Positions 10,790-25,789 of a DNA stretch of 64,000 bases are shown here, one piece after another. Position 1 is the first letter of the stretch, and the number at the start of each line of letters is the position of its first letter. Location: the NCBI GenBank assembly GCA_964016885.1, contig OZ024746.1:13082001-13146000 (forward strand), read 5' to 3'. A model generated the notes under the pieces. The model was not told the origin of the DNA and ran no database searches. It worked only from the letters and a program-made list of their open reading frames with translations. Source of the DNA: Eledone cirrhosa. Its lineage: Eukaryota. Both the position numbers and the translations under genes were made by a program.

Positions 10790-11845
10790 GTAGTATATGA
10801 AGTTGTCACAACCAATGATTGGTGTAGCATCATCCTTGTGATCTGCTACAAGGGCAAATGTGTACTAGAGAGAAAAGCAGTGAGAGAAGGATCAAGTTGT
10901 GAAGGTCACAGTGTTAGCACAACTGATTAGAGACAGAATTAGTCTTGATGAAATGCAGTTTAGTTCTGTGCAAGGTAAAAACATTATGGATACCATCTTT
11001 TTATATCTATCATTCATTAATTAACCTAGAGAAAGCCTTTGACAGAGTCTTATGTGCTATAAGTTTGGTGGTTGCTAAGGAAGCTTATAATAGGTGAATG
11101 GCTTGTTATGGCCGTACAAGCTACGTAGTATGGCAACTAGCAACATGGGACTCAGCAGTTAGTACAGTGATGAATTTAGTATGTAGGTAGGAGTCCATCT
11201 GGGTTCAGTTCACAGCCCTCTTGTTTATTATAGTCCTCCAGGCTATAACAGATGAACGTTATACTGGTTGTGCATGGGAACTCCTGTATGTTGATGATCT
11301 AGACCTTTATAACAGAACTATTAGAACAATTAGAGAAGTTCCAGACAGAAGCAAAACCTGGAATTATCAGTCCTCAAAGTATTCCAAGCAAAGACTAAAG
11401 TTTTAGTAAGAAAGAGAATAAGACTGATACCGCCAAGGAAATGACCATGCTCAGTATGCAGGAAAGAAGTATATGGTGTACCCAGTATGTACAATGGACT
11501 CACAATTGGTGTAGTGTGATCGTAGGTAGGCTGACAGACAAGACAAACTCTCTAGTGTTGGTGCCATGATAAAATGTACCCAGTACACTGCAGTCTGTAA
11601 AGTAGCTGATGATTGGAGACAATGTAGAGTAGAGAACACTCTTTAGTTTTGTTGAAGACATGACCTTTCTAGTGTTATGCATCCAATATACACTGTAAAG
11701 TGGTTGGTGTTAGGAAGAGCATCAAACCAAGCCAAAATTGTAATGGATAAGCATGATGTGATTTCCTGGCCCGTCTATGTCGGTAACTTTAAATAAGAAC
11801 TCAATCAGAATATAACAATCCTGCCAACCATGCTAACATAGATAG
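10790..11845 (+). mobile_element. Decayed RTE LINE (RT remnant to 3' tail)
   Basis: Remnants AQLIRDRISLDEMQF, LEKAFDRV, LFIIVLQAITD and WELLYVDDL with stops and frameshifts. Ends in GGACGTAAAATGATGAT. Confidence 0.9.
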
Positions 11846-11899
11846 TGGACGTAAAATGATGATATATTATGAGCATGTACTAAACCTAACAACAAAGCC

Positions 11900-14019
11900 A
11901 AATACGCTATCTTTAAGATCGCTTGTTTTCGCCCCCTTCAATTTATAAATTATCTGCAAATGCAATAAGACTGGGTTGTTTTCATTCGGTACAAAGCTTC
12001 AAATTATGATTATTTGGGTGTGGTGACGTTCGTAATTTTTAGGACTGAAGTTAACAGGGAATCGAAATTAGCTTGATATGAATATAAATGTAATATTGAT
12101 TTGAATAGTCATTAAATGAACCTTTGAAAGGGGGAAAGGAACAGTAGATTAATTAACAGATTATATTACTGGTATTATGTTTATTGATACTGGAATGGAA
12201 GGTAAAGGGATTAGACAGGTGTAAGAAAAACGACATAGCGAAGATGTCGGCTATATTTATAAGGTCAGAAGAAATTATGCGAGCGATATTCATACCTTTC
12301 CTGAGAGTATTAATGAACTGAAATGATTACAACAAAACCTAGTAGGAGATAGATTATGCGCAATTTATGTGAAGGGTGGCTGGGATATTGTTCATCTACA
12401 CCTTTCCCACGAAAATTAGCAATAAATGTGAAATGGCTACAACCACAAATTGTTTATTTCTTGGAACAAGGCCAATTTCACAGGAGGGCCCCACAGTCGA
12501 TACTGAAACTTATAAATCTTTGTGGGATTTGAGCGCAGAATAATGAGTTACCACACAGAAAACAGTAAAGTATCCTGTCATATTCTACTCTGTTCGTAGA
12601 GGTAGTCTATCAAAAATTTAACGAAGCTTCATTAACTTATCCCACCTAAAACGATAAGGTGTCCTCCAAAAATGTATACACACTTTTATTACCTGTACAG
12701 GCAATATTTATTAGAATGCTGTTGAAGTATGTATACATTTTTGGGGGTACACTCTGTATGTACAGTTGTTATGGTTTACAACTAGTTGTTTCAAAAGAAA
12801 CAGTTGTTAAAATACACTTATTTGTTATACTCTTTCAGAGGTTAGATGAAATACTGGATGGCTTATAACGTAAATTATTAAAATAATGAGTTGGCGCCAA
12901 GCACGGTGTTCGAAATTATCAAATTCAATGTTTAAACGTTTTTTTTTTTTAAGTTTCTTGCTATAAATTTTCTTTGATATTATTTTATTATTTACTGTAA
13001 TAATTTTTGAGGAAATAAATTAGCTCGACATTTATCTGATAACTTCGAATGTGATGCTTTATGTCAACTAAATAACCAACTAACCTTTGCGAAATTCAAT
13101 ATTTTATTAAACAAAATTGAAGAAATCTTAATTTCTTAAAAGCTTTTTTATCTACGCGAATAAAAACTATGGGTAGGAATTCCAAAACTGAAAATAAACA
13201 ATATCAGTGATTGATATTTGGATTGGTTAAAAGTGACGGTGCATTATTAATACAATGACACTTTCATTAGTAAATTGTCTTAAGCTGTATAATTTAATTA
13301 CAGACATTATCATTTAATCATTATACATTATGAGATTAATTTAATTTTTTTTTCCAACGAACACCATCGAAAAATTTAGGCTTTACCAGAATGGTCTTGC
13401 GGATAATTTTACGTCTACCAGTTTCTCTCTCTATTTCTCCCTCACAGGTAGAACGAAGTTCTTCACGTAGAAGTTAATAGGATCATTTTTAATTAAATGA
13501 TCAGAAGGTAATGTAATTAATCCCGTCATCTTTATGAAAAATAGCAATTGATGATTTAAATTACATCTATAGTTGTGAAGATTTAAAAAGCATACTCAGA
13601 TAGTATGTGGTCGATGTTATTATGTAAAATGTCAGTTTTTCTCACTTCCGGCATTGACGTTAGACGAAGGAGGAAGGTGAAAATAAAGAGAGTGAGACGG
13701 AGACTCCTATTAGAAACAACACTGAAAAGGGAAAGAAATATGTTGACGAATTTATTAATAAATATTACTACAATTTGTTTAGAAAAAATAAATATCTAGA
13801 GAATTATTTAGAAATAGAAAATTAAATATACCTTACTTGCAAACCTTGTTTTATATATATATAAAGAATAATATAATTGGTAATTTATTTTGGTTTACAT
13901 AATTTTTTAAAAATTTTAGTAAATGTTTTAAGTTTTTACTCTGAGTTTATAAATAAAGATTTCTAAAATCTATGAACATAACGTTTTTCTCTTTTTTTTT
14001 TTACGTGTAACACACACAC

Positions 14020-14052
<33 letters not shown>

Positions 14053-17000
14053 CATATATATATATGTGTGTGTGTGTATTGTTGAAGTTTGAAAGCTGCC
14101 CGAGAAATAATAGGTGAACTTAGCTTCATTAATCGGGGTATATGTATCATGGAAAGAGAAAAAATGAGGACATTTTGTTAGTGAGGTCAAGTGAATTATT
14201 GCCTATTATGAATATATTTATACTTTCCTGTATTTGTTACCACAGCTAAAATTAGTAGTTTTATTTTCCTTCTCTTAGTCAATATACTGAGAAACATTTT
14301 AAAATGCCGCCCATAACAATGGAAAACACGCAATTTTAGTTAGTTGTATTCTATTTAATTAGTAATTGGAAATATTTAAATTTTAACTATTAGAATTTAT
14401 TAGACATATTACTTTTTGGATTGGGATTTTTAAACATTGGTAATACAATGTCGATCATGATTCTCTTTGAAAATCGACTTGCCAAATGCGTAGGCAATTT
14501 AGTCAGTTGTAAAGTCTCCTAAAATGTAGACAAAATAATTTATATATATATATATATTTTAATGAAACAAATGGAGATAGATAAATATTTAGAATTGGGT
14601 AAAATATAAGACAAATGACAAAATATTTAAAACATGCAGTTTGTTGTTTAAGTCAGTTTATTTAATAAAATAGAAAATTATCTGATGACATGCAACATAG
14701 ATTAAGAAATATAAACAGTCAATGCGAGAGCTTCGTTGACAATTTAGTGGAATCGGGGGGGGGGAAATAAGTGTTTTGAGGTAGTATATGAAGATCTTTT
14801 CAGCAGTTTTTAATTATCTGCAGATCGTTTTACAAACACTAAGCATTACATCTCCCATTGACTCTTTCCTAAGCGGTATGCTAACATACTATTGTTGTAA
14901 TGGTAGTTTTTTTACTTATATTTATATATATATATATATTCCATAAAAAGTGATATTATTAAAGGAATTTTTTAGACGGTTTTATTTGTATTCTAAGTGT
15001 AAAGAGCATTTAATAATTTATTGAAGTAACTCATTCGTAAAATTACCTGAAAAAAAAGCAGGTATAAAGTATAATTCTATTAACTATTTAATCAAAATGG
15101 AGTAAAAAGAAATTACATCAAATACTTCGTGCATATATATTAATATTTGTGGGTGTGTGTATGTATATACACACACCATTTAGTGTATATGGCACATATT
15201 TAATAAGCTAGTTCTCTAATGTAGTTATTCTAAACAACACTCGTGAATACAGCATAATCGGGTCATTGGTAATGAAGTAAATAGTCGCGACTTGAAGAAA
15301 TTCTTTTAAAAATATTTCCTCAATAAATTCAGAAATTCTGTCGTTACAAATAATTGAAATATAAAATAAAAGTTCAATTAACTCAAATTTTAGAGTTAAT
15401 TTGTTTACAATAAATATTGACTGCTTGACAGTAGTAGCCACGATACTATAAGCGGCCATTGTGGTTTATTAACAGTGGATTTCTATATAAGACGTTTGAA
15501 ATCTTTATGAAACACTGGTATGCCATATTTGTGGGCTTTTTCTTTGCAATATTTGTATATGTATTAAAGTTACATCTTCGGTTTCAGTTTGCTTGCTTTG
15601 ATATATTTATTCAAATTTCTACATTAGCTTAGTGATCAGTTTTATCAGATAAATATTTGTCACGAATGATCCATGTGATATAATAAACTACTTTAATTAA
15701 CGAGCGAATTACCTTATTAAATATTCCGATGTAAATCTATTTAAGTTGTTAATCGAATTTTAGGAACATCAAAATACACTACAATCTTATATATAATGGT
15801 TGTTATAATATAATAACCAATTTAGGGTAACGTCGACTGATAAGATTATTTCATACTTCGAGTCTAATATGAACAGATTTTGCTCAAGATTTCTACGATG
15901 TGGTACTTATAGTATTATATACAGTTAATTCATTCAAACACATAACTGTAAATCATTTTTCTTCAAAAATATAACTTTTACTTAACAGTATACAAGACAA
16001 CCACTTTTTCAGCAATTGCTATCATAATCTACATTGTTTTAAATAAAAATTCATTATTTTAAACTAAAGCTTTTAAAATATATTTAATGCAGTTTATTTT
16101 TTAACAAGCTTGCTGAGGTTTTATTTTATGAAAAACCGATTATTGCATCTAGAGATCCCTTGTTTATAAAATATTCCCTCGTTATTTATTAATTTAATCT
16201 TGTCACGAAATATAGTTGCTTAATCCCATTTTATCAGTCGTGCCTGGATCATTTCCAATATATGTTTTTTTGCTATATGAATGCCGATGTTAAGATAATA
16301 TTCTCTGATTAACATTTACCAAAATCTAAATTCAAGTTCTATTAGTTCGCCATTCCAACATGGCTGCCATACCTGAGCTGATATTTTTGTCGTCTATATA
16401 TATCAGCAATTATTCTTTTTTCTCTAGACCAACAACATCTATAGTATAAATTTTATATAAATTAAAGTTGCTTATTTGCCCGCTATCCATTAGACTTTTT
16501 TTTATTACTTTAAATTGATCGAGATATTTTGAAAAATATAGTTATTCAATGTATTTAAGACAAGAAGATGTGGTTGTGTGTGTTATTTTGACAGAGTTCT
16601 TAAATGATTTGTGTGCATGCATCGTGTAGTAAATGTTGTTTTGTTTGCCATTTGGTAATATAACTTGCCCTGTAGCTTAGTTATTCGAGAAATGCTAACT
16701 AAATGATTTTATTTAAAGAAATTTATTTATTTATGCATATAAAATTCATCTTTAAAAGTCAATTTGGTATATTTTGTAATGTTTAATAATATATAAGAAA
16801 CACTTATATTGTGTGTGTTTTTCCTTTGCTAAAATAAGATCTACTTTATATTTACAAATTTCTGAGGGGGGGGGGGGTTCTAATTTTATTTACTTTTGCT
16901 TAATTGCTTGATATAAAAATAGCTTCCAAATTAAAGGTGCAACACATTTGCTTGTTTATTTTGCTATTGAATTGAATTAGATAAATCTACATGTTAGAAA

Positions 17001-17500
17001 AATGTTTTAAATAAAAATGGAGTTATCTCAGTAATACTTATTAGTTGAAAGTATGGTATATATATTTACTTGTATAGAGTTCTGATTACATTTTTAATGT
17101 ATTTACTCTCATTCCAAATGAATACGTTAATTTAATTTACAATAAAACGATATCTTTGTTGTATTTAATTTCGGATGTTTTAATTGAATAACAATTGGGA
17201 TTGAAATAGAAACTTACTTAACGTGTTGTATCTTTATTTTTAAAAATAGTACAACTATCACGCTAAGATATAGTTAATATAGTGAAGAAAAAAAAACAAT
17301 TAATTAATGATAGTTAATTCCCCTCAATCACTATAACACGTAATCAGCTTTACTTCGAAATTTCGCTAACGTGTTTGTGGGTCTTCGTTTTGTATTGTCA
17401 TTTAATTATTAGTTATGTACGCGTGTATATATATGTTTGCGTGAGTGAAAGCGTCCTGCTAGGTTTACTACAACCGAAACTTCGAAGTCACTATCAACCC
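11900..17500. promoter_or_regulatory. CpG-retaining, nearly transposon-free region; putative promoter or regulatory zone
   Basis: CG dinucleotides look more frequent here than in the flanks (not counted). ETS-like ACTTCCGG plus TGACGT at ~13644-13660 and a YY1-like AACATGGCTGCC at ~16357. Confidence 0.4.
12655..12758. mobile_element. ~100-bp Tc1/mariner-type MITE
   Basis: Imperfect ~30-bp TIRs (GTGTCCTCCAAAAATGTATACACACTT / AAGTATGTATACATTTTTGGGGGTACAC) with TA at the ends. Confidence 0.65.
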
Positions 17501-17504
17501 TTGT

Positions 17505-19075
17505 AACCATCATCACTTTCTATGCTGACATGGGTTGGACGATTTGTCATGGCCCAACACTAAATGGGTTGGAACCACATCTTATTCATACGTTCCATAT
17601 TTTGGTATTTTTTCTGCAGCTGAGTGTCCTTTATAGCACCAACCACTTTACAGAGTGTACTGGGTGCATCTTATTGTGACACCAACACTAGAGATATTGT
17701 CATGTATTCTGCAAGACTGAAGAGTTCTCTTTATCTGATATTATCTTCGTTTGATCGTCAACCACTTCACAGGTGTACTGGGTGCATTTTATCATGGCAC
17801 CAACACTAGAGCGGTTGTCCTTCAACCAACAAAAGATCTATACCCTACATTTCGGTTTGTTTGTTTACCACTTTACAAAGAGTACTGAGTGTGTTCCACT
17901 AGAGAGGTTGTCTCGTTCACTGCAAGCTAAGATGTTCTTTCCACTCCATTTAGCCACCTGTACAGGTGGGCTGGTCTTTTCTAGTACTACAAGTAACTTG
18001 TCTACTCAATCTTGTGTCATCTCCTTTGTGAGCTTCAGTTTCTTGAAATCATTCTTCATGACTTCATTCCATATTTTCTTTGGTCTCTCTTCCACAGGTT
18101 CTGTCAATTTGAGTGCCTGTCAACTTTTATACAACTTTCGCTATTCTAATGCACCACATGTTCATACCAACCTAATCATCTCTCTTTCACATTATATTTG
18201 ATTTTTCTCACACTCAGATTTCCTCTCAGTTCAACCGTGATCCGACATTCACTCACACTAACATTACACATCCAGCGCAGCTTGCATGCTTTATTCCTTT
18301 CCAGCTGTTGCAAATCTTCTGTCATATAGCATAGCAGTTTGAACACAAGCATCATATAATCTGCCCTTTGTGGCCAGCAAAGGTAACACCTACATGAGTC
18401 TCTTTCACCCTGTTTTCACTCTGACAACAACACTTTCAGTACATCTACCTCTACTGCTAATGAAGTCACTTAGATAGCAAAAGCTATTTACTACTTCTAA
18501 TAAGCCATTTGAGCATTTAAAGGAGTTCATTTCACAGTTAACTTTACTGTTGAATACTCCTGTCACATGAAGTCTACCATCACTGTCAGCCTACCTGTGA
18601 TCCCACTACACCTCTTGTGCATCCATTATACACACTGGGTACAATATTTAGAGTTTTTACCTACACCTTTCCAGCATATTGAGTGCAGCATTTCATCTGA
18701 TGGTATCAAAGTCTTTCCTCTTTCCTGCTTACTAAAACTTTAGTGTTTGCTAAGTTTACTTCGATACCATTTGATTCTCAATTTTGTTTTCATGTTCAGA
18801 ACTTCTGCTTTACTTCTACAGTTTCTGCTATGAGGGCTACATCATCAGCATACAGAACTTTTCATATACAGCCAGTCTTGAATTTCTCTGTTATAGCCTG
18901 AAGGACCATAATAAATGAGGGCTGAGTGCTGAGCCATTGTTGACTTGTGCACTAAACTTCTATTTATTGTTAACTCTCCCTTTGTTGACTGCACCCCTGT
19001 ACATGGCTTGCCTGGCCCTCACAAACCATTTATCTATCCCAAGCTTTTTAAACACTTGCCAAATTACAGAGCATG
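17505..19075 (-). mobile_element. Decayed RTE LINE
   Basis: Minus-strand YADD region (ACATCATCAGCATACAG at ~18840), Cys-finger remnant, 3'UTR motifs and a CAT tail. Confidence 0.9.
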
Positions 19076-19084
19076 GGATTCATC

Positions 19085-20840
19085 CCCATTTTATGTCTGT
19101 TTTTCCATGTTGTTTTGGGCAGGCTGTCTTAGTCCATGACTAGATGAGTTGGGGAACCACATCTTGTCTATACATTTCATTTTTGGTATTGTTTCTACAG
19201 CTAGATGCATGTTCCTAATGGTAACCAAGAGTGTACTAGGTGCATTTTATCATGGCACCAGCACTAACACATTACATAGTATACTGGGTGCATTTTATTG
19301 TGGCACCAGCACTATCATTTGCCAAGTATACTGGGTGCATTTTATCATATCACCAGCACTATTGTGTCAACACTACCATTTACAGAGTGTACAGGGTGTG
19401 TTTTATAGTGTCACCAGTCCTAGAGAGATTCTAATGTCCTTACTATGACTGTAGACACTTTCCGAAGTGTACCAAGTGCCTTTAATGTGGAACTCACTCT
19501 ATGAGGTGCACTATTTCCAAAGGCAGGCAATACCAATAGTAAAGATGGAAGTTGATGGCTAAGGGTTCACCTTGATGGTTGATGGGGCTACATTAGACCT
19601 AAGTGTAGAGTTATGGTTATATAAGAGAGATAAGGTGCAAGGTGGAGCTGGGCAAAGGGTGAATAGATCCATAATGGGGAAAGGAAGGTTGATCTCCAGA
19701 AGTGAGTGACATGGTTGAGAGAGGAGGGAAATGATTGTGGTGAGAAGGGGGTAGAGTAGATGGGTGATGGAGTGGGGATATAGCAACAGCAATAATCTTA
19801 ATGATAGTGAGGTTAGTCTGGTATTCTGACCAGGTACCACATCTCACTACATGGAGATGTGGTTGAACCTTGCTTATATTGGTGGTTGTGTCTTTTCCAT
19901 CTGACTGGTGCCAATCATTGTGGTCCTTTATCATCTCTATTGTGTGATTCAGCTTCTTGAAATTAACGCTCACCACTTCATCCCATGTCTTTATGGGTTT
20001 CCTTTCCCATAGATTCCGCCAATTTCAATTGATATCCGCCATACACTTCACACATCCATACCATTGTGACATTCTATCTTGTACTATACATCTAATTCCT
20101 CTCATACGCGTTCATGCACATCTACATTACACATCCATCAGAACATGCTTGCCTTATTTCTTTCCAGCTACTGCAGATCTGCATTCAAAGCCTATGTCTC
20201 ACTACTATGCTACATTTTAGTTCTTACCCAAGCATCATATAGTCTGCCTTTTGTTGCCTGCAGAGCTAATAACTCCCTAATTTTCTTCCTGTCTGTTCTT
20301 ATTTTGGCTAATATGTTTTCAGTACAACCTCATTCACTTCTGATTAACAAAAGCTATCAACTGCTTCTGAGTATATGAAGTAATTTACTTTGTACATGTT
20401 CTACTGCTAACTACACCTGTGTATCTGCTACACATGAAGTCTGCCTGTGATACCACTGTATTTCTTGTGTGTCCATAGGTTACACTTGGTATAACATATG
20501 AACTTTTTACCAACTCCTCTTCTGTATATTTAGCAAGCCATTCTAATGCATGCAGGTTTTTGTTCTTTTTCCTACTTTCTAAAACCTTGGTCTTTCTTAA
20601 ATTTACTCTAAGGTCTTTCAAATCCAGATTTGCTTCCATGTCTGGAATTGCCTCTTTAATTCTTCTAAGGATTCAGATGAAGATTAGGTCATTTGCACAC
20701 AGGAGTTCCCTGTATGCAAATGGCCTAGCGGCAGCTTATCTTAAAGTTTTCTGTTATAGCCTGGAGGACTATAATAAATAACAGTGGACTGAGGACTCAG
20801 TTTTGGTGGACCTCTACTTTACACTAAATTCATCACTATA
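19085..20840 (-). mobile_element. Decayed RTE LINE
   Basis: Minus-strand remnants LLFIIVLQAITE and LDLKDLRVNLRKTKVL, with 3'UTR repeat units at 19200-19420. Confidence 0.8.
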
Positions 20841-21009
20841 CTAATGTAGGTTTTATTACTTTAGAAATCTTTATCATTTAAAGCTAATGGAAACATTAAA
20901 ATATCAGTGTAGATGGTTTACTGTATATATTTTGGGGCTAAAAGTTTAAAATGGTATGCAGTAAGGATGCAATAACTCCCTTTTCTATAAAATATTTCTC
21001 TTGATAAAA

Positions 21010-21182
21010 TGCTTCCAGTATGTGCTGTAATGTGGTTGGCATTAGGAAGAGGGTGCAACCATAGAAACCAAGCCCCAAACAGTGCATATGAGCATGATGT
21101 GGTCACCTGACCTATCTAGCCAGAGTACATGACTGCCAGGCTAACTGATGCCAGCATAGAAAACAGATATTAAATGATGACG
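21010..21182 (+). mobile_element. RTE 3' end remnant
   Basis: GTGGTTGGCATTAGGAAG...ATGCCAGCATAGAAAACAGATATTAAATGATGA. Confidence 0.7.
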
Positions 21183-21837
21183 AGGAGGAGGAAGAGGATT
21201 TATTTTGAACCTAGGCAAAAATATATATTTAGAACTTTAAAGAATACTTGTTACTTAGATAATGTTTTTGTCTCTCAAAACTTTTATTTTTTGTTTTGAG
21301 ATTGCTGAGATACTTTTAATTAAGGCTTTCTTGGTCCTCTCATTCAATTGCCCCTAGGTAGACATTTACTTCACTACATAAGTAATTAACTTTTCCAAAT
21401 AACTCACTCCACTATAACTATAAAATTCAATAGTACTTATAGTTGATGACCTGATTGTTTAGTGCCTGTTGGCTTTATCAATTAGCAAAATTCAAGGCTA
21501 ATATACCAGTTGGTAATTAACTACTCGCTAATTATTCACATCAAGATCTCTATGATGTCTGCAGAGTATATAAATGTGAAGGGACATTTTTTTAACTATT
21601 GTTTTTCTCTTCACTGAAATGAAATAGGTTTTTTGTTTATGCCAATCTGTAAGAGGTATTGTGTAGTGTGACTAGTTGTGTTTATTTATGAGGCTGCAGT
21701 AAATTAATAAATATATTGGGATGTTTGTATACTGATCTCTTGCTTCTTAAAGAGTAATTTGAAAAACTATCAGAAACAATTCCAAACACAGAAAAATGTC
21801 AATGTTTAAAGATCTAAAATTCAACATGGCAATAACC

Positions 21838-22145
21838 AAGATACTAGTCAGTAAAGTTGAGCATGAAATCACAGTACATCATCACAATCAAAGATACTAG
21901 TCAGTAAAGTTGAGCATGAAATCACAGTACATCATCACAATCAAAGATACTAGTCAGTAAAGTTGAGCATGAAATCACAGTACATCATCACAATCAAAGA
22001 TACTAGTCAGTAAAGTTAAGCATGAAATCACAGTACATCATCACAATCAAAGATACTAGTCAGTAAAGTTGAGCATGAAATCACAGTACATCATCACAAT
22101 CAAAGATACTAGTCAGTAAAGTTAAGCATGAAATCACAGTACAAT
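21838..22145. repeat. 53-bp tandem repeat, ~5.8 copies
   Basis: Unit AAGATACTAGTCAGTAAAGTTGAGCATGAAATCACAGTACATCATCACAATCA starts at 21838, 21891, 21944, 21997, 22050 and 22103. Confidence 0.95.
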
Positions 22146-22479
22146 CACTGTTTAATGTTTATTATCCTTGCTTGTGTTAGTGGGGTTGTCATGTTCTGAG
22201 GCTAGACTTTTCAGGTGACCCTGTCTTATTCATATATTCCATTTGGTATTTGATTACCATGATTGGCTGCCCTTCACAATGAGGAATAACTTTGGATAGG
22301 GAGGAAATTGGGATTTGATACTGTGTATTCAATGAAAACAATAAATACAAAAAAAGAGTTAAAATGATCTCTAGCAGGTTGAATGAGAACAAGGATTACA
22401 GATGTGATAGATGCAGTAGTTGAATCACTCATTAAATGAAGTCCATGACAGTTCAGATAGTTAATAGTTTCTGTTACCT

Positions 22480-22860
22480 ACTCCTGGGTCCCAAATAATA
22501 GGGGTGGTGGCAGGAGAAGTAGGTTATGGGGGTGGAAAAATCAATGATTTTTCTAGGTTGTCTCCATTGATTTTTTTTTTAAAACCAGAATTAGTCGTTT
22601 AGTTTACATATTGAGACCCCAACCCATCCTATTTATTTCATAATGTATGAGATTTCCAGTAATGTACTTTTTATGTCATATATAATGTTTGTTAATGTCT
22701 AAAGAAAATCAATTGTCACAGGAGTGCTACCACTTAAAATAAAATTTTGCTAGAGACAGATAAGTAAAATTTAATAGGAGGGGGAAATAAGAGCAGGGTG
22801 GTTGGAAAAAACCTGAAAAATTAATAAGTGGGTGCGGGGATTATTCGAGACCCAAGAGTA
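22480..22860. mobile_element. TA-flanked MITE (Tc1/mariner-pogo type)
   Basis: TIRs TACTCCTGGGTCCCAAATAAT and ATTATTCGAGACCCAAGAGTA. Confidence 0.7.
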
Positions 22861-23119
22861 TTCTAATTAGGATTAGGGTTACATGAAAAAAAAAGGAAGG
22901 AATGGGTTAAGTTTAAGAAGTTACTTTTACTTGAAGCTGTTTCTCTTTTTGTGGGAAAAAAACAAACTATGTAACATATGTAAGAAATGTTTTGTGGTGA
23001 GATGTGTATTGACTGTAGAGGAGCTAGAGAGAAATGAAGATATGTTGAATGAGAGAAAGACTACATGTGAGTTGTACATTAAAGGCAACAACTGATATGG
23101 GAATAAGTGACAATAATGA

Positions 23120-23333
23120 TTTCAGATTTAGGCACATGGACAGCAATTTGAAAGGGTGGGGGGAAAGTCAATTAAATTGACCCCAGTACTTGGTGGTACT
23201 TTATTTTATCAACCCCATAAAGATGAAAAGCAAAGCTAACTTCGGCAGGATTTTTAAATCAGAATGTAAAGGGCCGCAATTCTATGCCACAAAGCATTTG
23301 GTCCGACGTGCCACCGATTTTGCCAATCCACCA
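23120..23333 (-). mobile_element. Nin-domain tRNA-SINE, near full length
   Basis: Minus strand starts GGTGGATTGGCAAAATCGG (A-box) and contains the Nin-like GCTTTTCATCTTTATGGGGTTGATAAAATAAAGTACC. Confidence 0.8.
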
Positions 23334-24856
23334 ATAATGTCTGGAAAGACATGATAAAACATGAAGCTGAATGAAAATATGCTGTATGGCAAATAGTCTA
23401 GTGCATACCAACATAGAAGAATATGATGTTAAAGTGTAGAAGATAATGATTTCTTTATTAACCACAAAAGGTTCTTTGATGGGCTGAATCCTGGAAATAC
23501 TACAATACCAGGCCAACCCATAGCAAAGGAGGAACAAGCCAAATGTGGAAGATAATATCATAATAGACATTTTTAACTAACACATTAACATGGTTTAAAT
23601 GTAGAATTTTTGTTAGACACTTAATATTTGAATATTTGATCTCAATAAAGGTCATGTTCATTACTTTTATTGAATTTGTTTTTCTCTAGTAATTAGCCAA
23701 ATATTTCTTCTTCAGTTTACTTCATTCATGCTTGAATTAATTAAAAAAAAAAAAAAAATTGTTCATATTGGTTTTATTGCATGAAAAGTATTTATTTTGT
23801 GTTTATATTTATATGTTCTTTATTATATTCCAAACACCTGCTTAATAACAAGATAACTGATTATATTACTAAATCCTTCCAAATTTCTCATTATTTGAAA
23901 ACCAGAAGCAATGTCTTTCATTAGAAATATAGTTATGAAAGGATTTAGAAATCCACATAGGATGATAATTTAGGCATGGGAGATTGTGAAATATACACAA
24001 CCTGAATAAAAGCTACAAAGTTTTCAGGAAGAATTTACTCTCAGACAATTTGCACGTGAAGATATTTTGGCAGTATCTTTCCTTCTTTCACTTCTCTTAA
24101 TTGATTCAAACATATATTGTATAAAAAGAATAAAAATATCAAAGAAAAATGAGTAAGTACAGATTTATTGCTAATTCTAACTCTTCTTCTATATATATAT
24201 ATCATATATAATAATGTTTTATGGCTTTTATGCTGATGATGCCACCAGATAGAAAAAAAAGGATATGTATATATCATCATCATCATTCCTTTTACGATCG
24301 CTTTTCCATGCTTGATTGGGTTGGACAAATATATGTATATATATTTATATATATGTTCATACATACAAACACACAGGAAAAAAGGCTGAGAAAAAAAATA
24401 TATATACATATATATGTATGTGTATATAGAATAAAATTGAACATAATATATCAAATGTGATTTGGATATTACTTTCCTTAATAATCTTTACAGCATATTT
24501 TAAAAATATTTTTTAAACATTCACTTCCAATTATATTTCCAACCAATGAAATATCTTTAAATTATTTATCTGTTAATATTGGGTTCTCTTCAATAAACAG
24601 AAACTATTTTATGGAAGAAAAATAAATAAAAAGCTGCCACACTCACACATTTTCCAAAACCATTAGTGGACTTCAAGTAGAAATCAAAACTGAATTGTCT
24701 CAATGGTGCTGCCAATTTTTTTTCAAAATTGAAATTATGACTTTCTCTTAGTAGCAATTGGTTTGAGAATACATTAAATTAAAAAGAGTTATGTGTGTAT
24801 ACACTAATATATGATTAATGTTTGATATTTGATGAGTCTTTTATTGTTTTCTTACT

Positions 24857-25335
24857 CATCATCATCAGCATCACTTTTATGCCCATTTTTCCATGCTAGT
24901 TTGGGTTGTGTGGTCATTTTTAACAGTATCATTCTACTTACCATAATCTTTCATTATCTCTATGAAGTTTAATATCTTGAGTTCAGCCATCCTCACTCGC
25001 TTCTCTACATCTTCCTTCATCTACCTCTTCTGCAGTTTCCTTCTACCTGCACCATTTGGCACATTTTAATCTATCAATCATTCTTCATGTACATTAATTA
25101 TCCATGCCACCATAGTTTTCTCACTTACACACTACAGTGAATACCATTCATATCCTGTTTTTCTCTCAGCACATTTGTGATCTGTTGTTCATGCATGCTG
25201 ATATTACACATCCAGTAAAGCATGTTTACCTCATTTCTTTTAAATCATTGCATATCCTCCATATGTAGGTACCATGTCTTGCTACCATACAATATCACAC
25301 TTCATACACAGCATCATACACTCTGTCCTTCACTC
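24857..25335 (-). mobile_element. Decayed RTE 3' fragment
   Basis: (CAT)n tail plus TTTTCCATGCTAG, and remnants of YDAV..SVILYGSKTW. Confidence 0.75.
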
Positions 25336-25789
25336 AGAGGGAGAAATTGGGATATCTGATTTCTATACCAAGCACCATAGTTAGAGCTGTTCTTCTCACA
25401 AGTTCTCTATTTATTTTCAAAATTCTTATTTCCACCAAATTACACATTGAACTGTGTACATCAGTTTTACATACCAACTCTCCAATCATTCTTAACTTCC
25501 TTATCTTCAAACCCAACCATCATTGACTCTTTCCTACCCTAACTGCTTAATCAAAGTAATCTACCTCATAACATCCTACTGCAACACAGCTTGTGCCCTG
25601 TGAGGCCTTTGGTACTTTGATTCACTAGTTAGAGCACTTCTAGTTCTATGTTTCTGGCAAAAACTGTACGTCATCTTTGACTCTGCCAAGACAACTAAGA
25701 AGGTTACTGACACAATCCTGCTCGACATTTTTCTCCCATTATCACCAAATGCAAAGTAGTTCACTTACATTATTTAGAATACCCGGAGG

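Noticed and set aside
15208-15459. 83-aa minus-strand ORF starting MAA in the CpG-rich region
   Set aside because: AT-rich composition and no recognisable homology.
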